NCBI GenBank assembly: GCA_034722055.1
Contig: JAYENL010000242.1
Coordinates: forward strand, 32,001-96,000
DNA: 64,000 bases
Source of the DNA: Armatimonadota bacterium
Lineage (GTDB): Bacteria; Armatimonadota; Zipacnadia; Zipacnadales; UBA5352
Direction of reading: 5' to 3'
This document shows positions 58,233-64,000 of the stretch, piece by piece (position 1 is the first letter of the stretch; each line of letters begins with the position of its first letter). Below the pieces are notes generated by a model. That model had not been told where the DNA came from, searched no databases, and saw nothing but the letters and a program-made list of their open reading frames with translations. The position numbers were made by a program, and so were the translations under genes.

Positions 58233-61200
58233 TTACTGCGCCGTCTGCTGCAGGTCCTCCTCCCCCGCCAGGATGGCGCGCCCGCGTGCCCCGAAGTCGC
58301 CCTTCACCGGACTGGGCAACGTGCGCCACAGCAGGTACTGCTTGCGCAGCAGGTTGATGAAGTTGCGCGTCACCCGAATCCACGACGCCTCGTCACCGCT
58401 CTCCCGACGGATCACAGCCCGAATCTGGAAGATCTCCGCGTCCTCCGTGGGCACCGTCTCGATCGTCAGGTGCTCCGACACCCCCAGGTCATAGGGCGCC
58501 AGCCAGACCATCACGGAGAGCGCAAATCCCTCCCCAAGCTCGAACTCCTCGGCGTCCAGCCCCAGGTCACCTGTGGAGAAGTTGCCCAGCGAGTAGTCGG
58601 CATGCGCCCCCAGGTAGTCGAGAAGGAAGACGTTTACCCCCAGCGCCTGGTCGCCCGTCACCGTGAAGGGCAGGTTCATGCGCATGACGTCGTCCACAGG
58701 CTCGGGCAGCGTCCAGCGGCGCTCGATGCCCGGCATGGCGATATTGGAGGCCACCCGGGCCGGATAGATGACCGACAGCAGTACCGTGACCATGATCATC
58801 AGGGTGCTGCCCACGGCCGCCAGCGATGAGTAGTTGAGGTAGAGGCCGCCCAGCGCGCCGGTCATCAGCAGCACCTTCGCGGAGGCCTGGCCCACCAGGT
58901 AGCCCGCTACCGCACCCAGCACCGCATAGACCGACGCCTCGGCCACGAAGAGGGCGGCGATGTGCGTGGGCGCCAGGCCCAGGGAGCTGTAGATGTGGAT
59001 CTCGTTGGTGCGCTCGTAGACCGAGCCCAGCATGGTGTTGAGGACGATCAGGGCTGCGATGAGCACAGGGATGAGCACGTCGCTGGCGCCCTGCACCCCG
59101 GTCGTGCCCACGGCGCTGCACAGGTAGGTCTGGTCATCGACCCCGGCGTAGAGGTTCAGCTCGACACGCGACATCAGGTTTTCGAGGTGCGTCAGGACGC
59201 TCTCGGCGTCGGGAATGCCGATGGCCACCGAGCGCAGCGTGCCCCCGGCGTTGACGACGAAGTTGTAGGGCACAATGAGCACAGCGTCCGGGGTGAGGTG
59301 GATGTACTCCCGGAGCTCGTCCTCGCTCATCTGGTCCTCGCCGGCCTGCATGGACTGCCGCTGCGCCTGCTGCTCCTGCATCAGCAGGTAGTCCACAGGG
59401 GTGATCTGCTCCCCATCGAGGTCCTCGATGCGCTTGAAGCGGTCGCTGTCGATGATCCCCAGCACTCGCAGGCGGGTGCCGAAGACCGACACGAAGACGT
59501 TCCCCACATCCTGGGGCTGGATGTTGAGCTTCTCGGCCATCTCCTGGGGCACGATGCAGGCCAGGGTGTCATCCTCGGTGAACCACCGACCACCCTCATC
59601 CAGCGCCCTCTGGGGCTCGCTGATCATCGCCTCCTCGGGCGTCAGCCCCACCATGGCGGTGGCGGAGTAGCTGTCCCCCGCCCGCGACACGTTCACGAAG
59701 GACTGCTCGCCGACGCGACTGGAGAAGTACCATGCCCGCGGGGCCACAGAGTACTCATCGCCGAACTCATTGCGCATCACCCGCGTGGTCGGCTGCCCGA
59801 TAGGCGTCCAGGTCTTCTCCCGGATCATGATGCCGTTATACGCCGCGGTGTGCGGCAGCCGGATGCGGTTGGTGCGAATCGTCTGCTTGATGGAGGTCGT
59901 TGACAGCACCGTGAAGGTCAGCAGCACCAGTGTGGTGCAGGTCAGCAGCGTTCGGATCTTGCGCCGGCGCATGTTCGAGATACCCAGACCGAAGGCCGCC
60001 GCCGAGGCTGAGAGCCGACCCACGTCCGCCTCGCGCACCCCCGTCTGCTCCCAGCGCATCTCGCGCATCTGCTCCTCGAACTTCTGCACCACGATCCCCA
60101 CCACGATGATTGTCAGCGCCAGGATGATGAAGGCCAGCAGGATGATCATGGGCGTGAAGGTGATGGCGAATGCGGGATGCACCAGGCCGATGAGGATGAA
60201 GATGCCCACAAAGAACGCCACTGTGCCGAGGATCTGTCCCTTGATCTCGCGCGCAGCCAAGAAGAGCCGTTCGGCAAACACCCCGAAGGGCATCAGCAGC
60301 GCCAGGTAGAACAGCACACCCTTGACCACGTCGTCGGCGGTCTTGCGGACATCCGGGTAGGCTCGGGACTCGTAGCTCCACGCCGACCGCGCGGCTGTGA
60401 AGAACTCATCGTACTTGCGCTCCCGGAGGTACTGCTGCGACAGCTTCAGGTACTCCAGCGCCTCCGCGTGGGCCCGCTCCACCCGCGCGTTGGTGATCCC
60501 GTGCTTCGAGAGCTTGGCCATGCGGTTGTCGTCGAGCTGCCACATGTCCATGGCCACCCGGTAGGGCGTGGCGTGAAGCGACGGGTGGCGGTCCACCAGG
60601 TAGCCCTCCCCCAGCTCCTCCAGCTCCGTGGGATTGATCAGCAGGAAGCGCAGTCCCAGGAGGCTGGCGCCCATGGTGATCTTGACCTTGGTGCCCGACG
60701 GAGCGAAGACCACGGCCACCGGCTCGTAGCTGGACGTGAACTGCTGCGGCGGAAGCGGCAGGCAGTAGCCGTACTCGTAGGGAGCCGCATCGGTCTGGGC
60801 GTCGTAGACGTGCAGCTCCCGCAGGAGCTGGAAGAACCGCTGGTCCACCATATCGAAGATGGCCACCGGCTTGCAGTCGAACATCACCACCGTTACCGGC
60901 TTAACCTCCTGATCCATGGCCACCTTGTTCGGGTAGGCCTCGGCGCCGGTCACCCCCAGGTCGGGGGCCATACGCACCCGCCCGTCCTCCTCGTCGAGCA
61001 GGTAGGCCTCAACGGTGATGGTGCCGCCCCGCGCCCGGGAGTTGGGCAGTCCCGGCAGGTAGAACCTGCCGTCCTCGTCCACGATGTCGAAGATCTCGCT
61101 GCGCACGCCCATGGAGGTCTTGGAGCCGGTGCGCGCCACCGCTACCGCGCCCGGTAGGGGATCATCGGGGAACAGGCTCTCGCGGGGGTTGAACTGCACC

Positions 61201-63191
61201 GCCCGGCCCTTGATCTCCACGAAGTTGTCGGCCAGCTCCAGATCGTAGAGATCGCGCGGATCGTCGATGGACACCAGGTCCAGCAGCAGACAGGACAGAA
61301 AGCGCGTCTGCTCCACGAGGTTGCTTATCTCCACGTGCTCGATGCGGTCCATCGGCGTGTCAACCCACGGACGCGAATCGTCCACGGTCGCGAAGCCCAG
61401 CCCGGGAATGCCCGCCAGCGTGGCCACCTCATTCGACAGCGCCAGCTTGCCGGCCATGTAGGTCTGCCAGCTCTTGCCCTGAATGGCGTTGATCCCGTCC
61501 ACCAGACGCACCGGAACGCCCAGGGCGGTGGCGATGAGGTCGGAGTACTCCCGGGCCTTCTTGCCGATGTCCGAGAACTTCCACTGGATGCTCTCACTGT
61601 AGTTGTAGAAGTAGGCCTTGTAGAAGATGCCGAAGGTGTCGTTGTGGCTGGACAGATCCACCGAGAACCACAGGTATATCTTCTTCTCGGAGAAGTCCAG
61701 GGTGTCAACGAGGTTCCAGGCCGCCTCCTTCACCCGTGCCAGCATCTGCTTTTTCGTCTCAAGGGGGGCGTCCCGATCCACCTCTCGGGCCTCCCGGAGC
61801 ACCTCCCGCGCACGCTCCACGGCCTGGTCGATCTCCGGACCAACCGCCTCGAACTCCCGCACCAGCTCCTGGCGCTCGGCGAGCTCCTCCTCCGTCAGCC
61901 GATACTCCTCCAGCTTGCCGGCGTTGGGGTCATCGTGCTTGGCCGCACGCACCACCTTCCCGAGCTTGTGTGCGCGCTTGGATGCGTAGGTGACGGCCCT
62001 GTTGATGCGCCCCAGCGCGCGCATGCGCTCGTCTGCCAGCTCCTCGGCCGTCTTCTCCTCCTCCAGCCGGTCGGGATCCTCCCAGACGCGGGCAATGGCG
62101 TCCTCCAGCTCAGCACGGGCGTCACCGACGAGGTTGAACATGATCTCCACGCGCCGCTCGCCATGAGCGCCGCGGATGAACTGGCGGAGGAAGTGCTTGG
62201 TGCCGGCCAGGCCTTCGAAGTGCCCGGAGGTGGCCAGGAACACGACCGTGCGCTTGGGGGGCTGATCCACGAAGGCCTCAGCGAGCTGCATCAGCGCCGC
62301 AATGGAGCAGGCATTCTCGGCGCCGGGGGCCTGGTCGGGCGTCACGGCGATGGAGTCGTAGTAGGCCTGGATGACGACGCGCTGGTTGCTCAGCCGCGGG
62401 TCCGTACCCGGGAGGGTGGCCACCACGTTCTCGCCCTCCACCCGCCGCCACTGCATATCACAGGCGATCCTCACCGGCACCTCGTCGCGGGACATCAGCA
62501 GGCCCATCAGGTAGTCGGCGGCCTCGCGGGCGATCCAGTAGCGGGGGATATCCACGGGGATGGAGAGGAACTTCGCCTCCGCCTCCCCACGGATGGTCTC
62601 CTCCGGTTCGATAAAGAGCACCGCCTTGGTCCCCAGCAGTGGCCCGTTGAACCACTCCGTCTGGCAGTTGAAGTCCACCATGGTGATGGAGTCGGTGACC
62701 TCCAGCCCGTTGAAGGCCCGCAGGTTGCCGGGACCGGCGTAGATGAGGTTTCCCTCGATGCCCCCGGTCGGGGTCTGGGGCGGGCGCACCAGGTTGGGCC
62801 ATATCGGCAGCATCCCGAAGCTGGTGCCGTCGTCAGCAACGGTGATGGAGGCGTAGCGCCCCTGCTCGTCGGGCTCGGCCATGGGTATGACCAGGGGGAA
62901 GCTCTCGAGGTGCACGTCCTCCAGGCCCAGCGCCCGGAACTGCTCGGCGATCGTCCGGGCGGCCTTCTTGCAGCCGTCGTAGCCGGTCACGCGCGACTGC
63001 AGGGCCTCGAAGTCCGCGATGAGCTGGCGCATGTGCTGCTCATCGACGCCGGAGGCCGCCATCTCGTAGTCGGTATCCGACTCGAGGACGATCTCCTCCT
63101 CGTGGCCGCCCTGCCCCCATACGGGGGCTGCGGCGACGGCAAGCGCCATGATGCATGTCGGCCAGACTATCGCCCTCAGTGGACGAAGCAC
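58233..63191 (-). CDS. 1652-aa FtsX/MacB-like ABC permease fused to an M28-peptidase-like extracytoplasmic domain
   Basis: Signal peptide; SRVTGY, GENVVATLPG, AYYDS..APGA; NMRRRKIRTLLT; NTMLGSVYERTNEIHIYSSLGLAP; YPARVAS. Confidence 0.82.
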   Translation of the reverse strand: MLRPLRAIVWPTCIMALAVAAAPVWGQGGHEEEIVLESDTDYEMAASGVDEQHMRQLIADFEALQSRVTGYDGCKKAARTIAEQFRALGLEDVHLESFPLVIPMAEPDEQGRYASITVADDGTSFGMLPIWPNLVRPPQTPTGGIEGNLIYAGPGNLRAFNGLEVTDSITMVDFNCQTEWFNGPLLGTKAVLFIEPEETIRGEAEAKFLSIPVDIPRYWIAREAADYLMGLLMSRDEVPVRIACDMQWRRVEGENVVATLPGTDPRLSNQRVVIQAYYDSIAVTPDQAPGAENACSIAALMQLAEAFVDQPPKRTVVFLATSGHFEGLAGTKHFLRQFIRGAHGERRVEIMFNLVGDARAELEDAIARVWEDPDRLEEEKTAEELADERMRALGRINRAVTYASKRAHKLGKVVRAAKHDDPNAGKLEEYRLTEEELAERQELVREFEAVGPEIDQAVERAREVLREAREVDRDAPLETKKQMLARVKEAAWNLVDTLDFSEKKIYLWFSVDLSSHNDTFGIFYKAYFYNYSESIQWKFSDIGKKAREYSDLIATALGVPVRLVDGINAIQGKSWQTYMAGKLALSNEVATLAGIPGLGFATVDDSRPWVDTPMDRIEHVEISNLVEQTRFLSCLLLDLVSIDDPRDLYDLELADNFVEIKGRAVQFNPRESLFPDDPLPGAVAVARTGSKTSMGVRSEIFDIVDEDGRFYLPGLPNSRARGGTITVEAYLLDEEDGRVRMAPDLGVTGAEAYPNKVAMDQEVKPVTVVMFDCKPVAIFDMVDQRFFQLLRELHVYDAQTDAAPYEYGYCLPLPPQQFTSSYEPVAVVFAPSGTKVKITMGASLLGLRFLLINPTELEELGEGYLVDRHPSLHATPYRVAMDMWQLDDNRMAKLSKHGITNARVERAHAEALEYLKLSQQYLRERKYDEFFTAARSAWSYESRAYPDVRKTADDVVKGVLFYLALLMPFGVFAERLFLAAREIKGQILGTVAFFVGIFILIGLVHPAFAITFTPMIILLAFIILALTIIVVGIVVQKFEEQMREMRWEQTGVREADVGRLSASAAAFGLGISNMRRRKIRTLLTCTTLVLLTFTVLSTTSIKQTIRTNRIRLPHTAAYNGIMIREKTWTPIGQPTTRVMRNEFGDEYSVAPRAWYFSSRVGEQSFVNVSRAGDSYSATAMVGLTPEEAMISEPQRALDEGGRWFTEDDTLACIVPQEMAEKLNIQPQDVGNVFVSVFGTRLRVLGIIDSDRFKRIEDLDGEQITPVDYLLMQEQQAQRQSMQAGEDQMSEDELREYIHLTPDAVLIVPYNFVVNAGGTLRSVAIGIPDAESVLTHLENLMSRVELNLYAGVDDQTYLCSAVGTTGVQGASDVLIPVLIAALIVLNTMLGSVYERTNEIHIYSSLGLAPTHIAALFVAEASVYAVLGAVAGYLVGQASAKVLLMTGALGGLYLNYSSLAAVGSTLMIMVTVLLSVIYPARVASNIAMPGIERRWTLPEPVDDVMRMNLPFTVTGDQALGVNVFLLDYLGAHADYSLGNFSTGDLGLDAEEFELGEGFALSVMVWLAPYDLGVSEHLTIETVPTEDAEIFQIRAVIRRESGDEASWIRVTRNFINLLRKQYLLWRTLPSPVKGDFGARGRAILAGEEDLQQTAQ

Positions 63192-63382
63192 GTTTCCCTC
63201 ACCGCCTCTGGAGAGATAGGAAGACCCGGCGGCCGAAGCACAGCCCGACAGAGACAGAGCTGGCGCGCGACACTTCGCCGCGCGCCAGCCTTACGCCTGC
63301 CCCGCTGCGCGCAGCGCCGCCGACCGCCCGCTCGGGCGGTAGCATTCCGGCGGCCCGCCGCTGCCGGCCTGCGTCCCAGCGG

Positions 63383-64000
63383 CTACTCGCCGTGCTCCGG
63401 CGCCGACTCGCTACCCAGAGTGCCGACGTCCAGGTCCAGGTCGGCGCGGTTCTCGATGCGCTCCACCTGCCCGTCGCGCACGTGCACGACGCGGTCGGAC
63501 ACGTCAATCATCTTCAGGTCGTGCGTCGCCGAGATGAGGGTGACGCCGCTCTCCTGGTTGAGCTCCTTGAGCAGATCGATGATCTCCTTGCCGGTCTGCA
63601 GGTCCAGGTTCCCGGTGGGCTCGTCGGCCAGGATGATGGCCGGGTTGTTGGCCAGCGCCCGCGCCACTGCTACACGCTGCTGCTGTCCCCCGGACAGCTC
63701 GTAGGGCTTGTGGTGCAGGCGCTCGCCCAGACCGACCAGGTCCAGCAGCATAGCGCCGCGATCCATCATGTCGTCGCTGCTCATGCCTGCGAAGATCATG
63801 GGCAGCGTCACGTTCTCCAGCGCCGTCATGACCGGGATGAGGTTGAAGGTCTGGAAGATGTAGCCGATCTTCCGGCAGCGCAGCCACGCCAGCTCAAAGG
63901 CGTCGAGCTGCGCCATGTCAACCTCCTCGATGAAGCACGTGCCCTTGGTGGGCTTGTCCAGCCCGCCCACCATGTTGAACAGGGTGGTCTTTCCCGACCC
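63383..64000 (-). CDS. ABC transporter ATP-binding protein (LolD/MacB-like); 5' end outside the window
   Basis: GSGKTT Walker A at the window edge, IGYIFQTFNL, LSGGQQQRVAVARAL, ILADEPTGNLD, ATHD. Confidence 0.95.
   Translation of the reverse strand, partial: GSGKTTLFNMVGGLDKPTKGTCFIEEVDMAQLDAFELAWLRCRKIGYIFQTFNLIPVMTALENVTLPMIFAGMSSDDMMDRGAMLLDLVGLGERLHHKPYELSGGQQQRVAVARALANNPAIILADEPTGNLDLQTGKEIIDLLKELNQESGVTLISATHDLKMIDVSDRVVHVRDGQVERIENRADLDLDVGTLGSESAPEHGE

Noticed and set aside
63192..63382. Several GC-rich hairpins between the ATPase and permease genes
   Set aside because: They lack the conserved ends of the repeat family and a U tract; cannot be assigned

Overview
High-GC bacterial chromosome segment. 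The gene content (three prepilin-type/H-X9-DG 'DUF1559'-like genes, many large secreted carbohydrate-active proteins, Firmicutes-like ssrS-rarA...alaS-ruvX-mltG synteny) suggests Armatimonadota or a similar lineage, by inference only. Housekeeping blocks are prs-hisC-aroF-tyrA-aroA, folB, iscS-nadA, 6S RNA-rarA-rsbV-rsbW-sigB-like-alaS-ruvX-mltG-yqeG-aroE, and rodA. They alternate with accessory genes: a GH29 fucosidase, DUF6259-like, GH123-like, beta-helix and BNR proteins, two gene remnants, a darTG toxin-antitoxin pair, and an ABC ATPase + giant M28/FtsX permease + OPT-like transporter cluster followed by two prepilin-like genes. The strongest non-ORF signals are three. (1) A complete ribosome-dependent attenuator with a His-His-Tyr-Tyr-His leader peptide lies ahead of the prs-hisC-aro operon. 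(2) An AGG-N18/19-GAA motif sits at a near-constant distance upstream of 12 accessory genes and is a candidate alternative-sigma promoter. (3) A three-copy multi-hairpin repeat has conserved ends and a variable middle arm. All calls are by-eye motif recognition; no database search was run.
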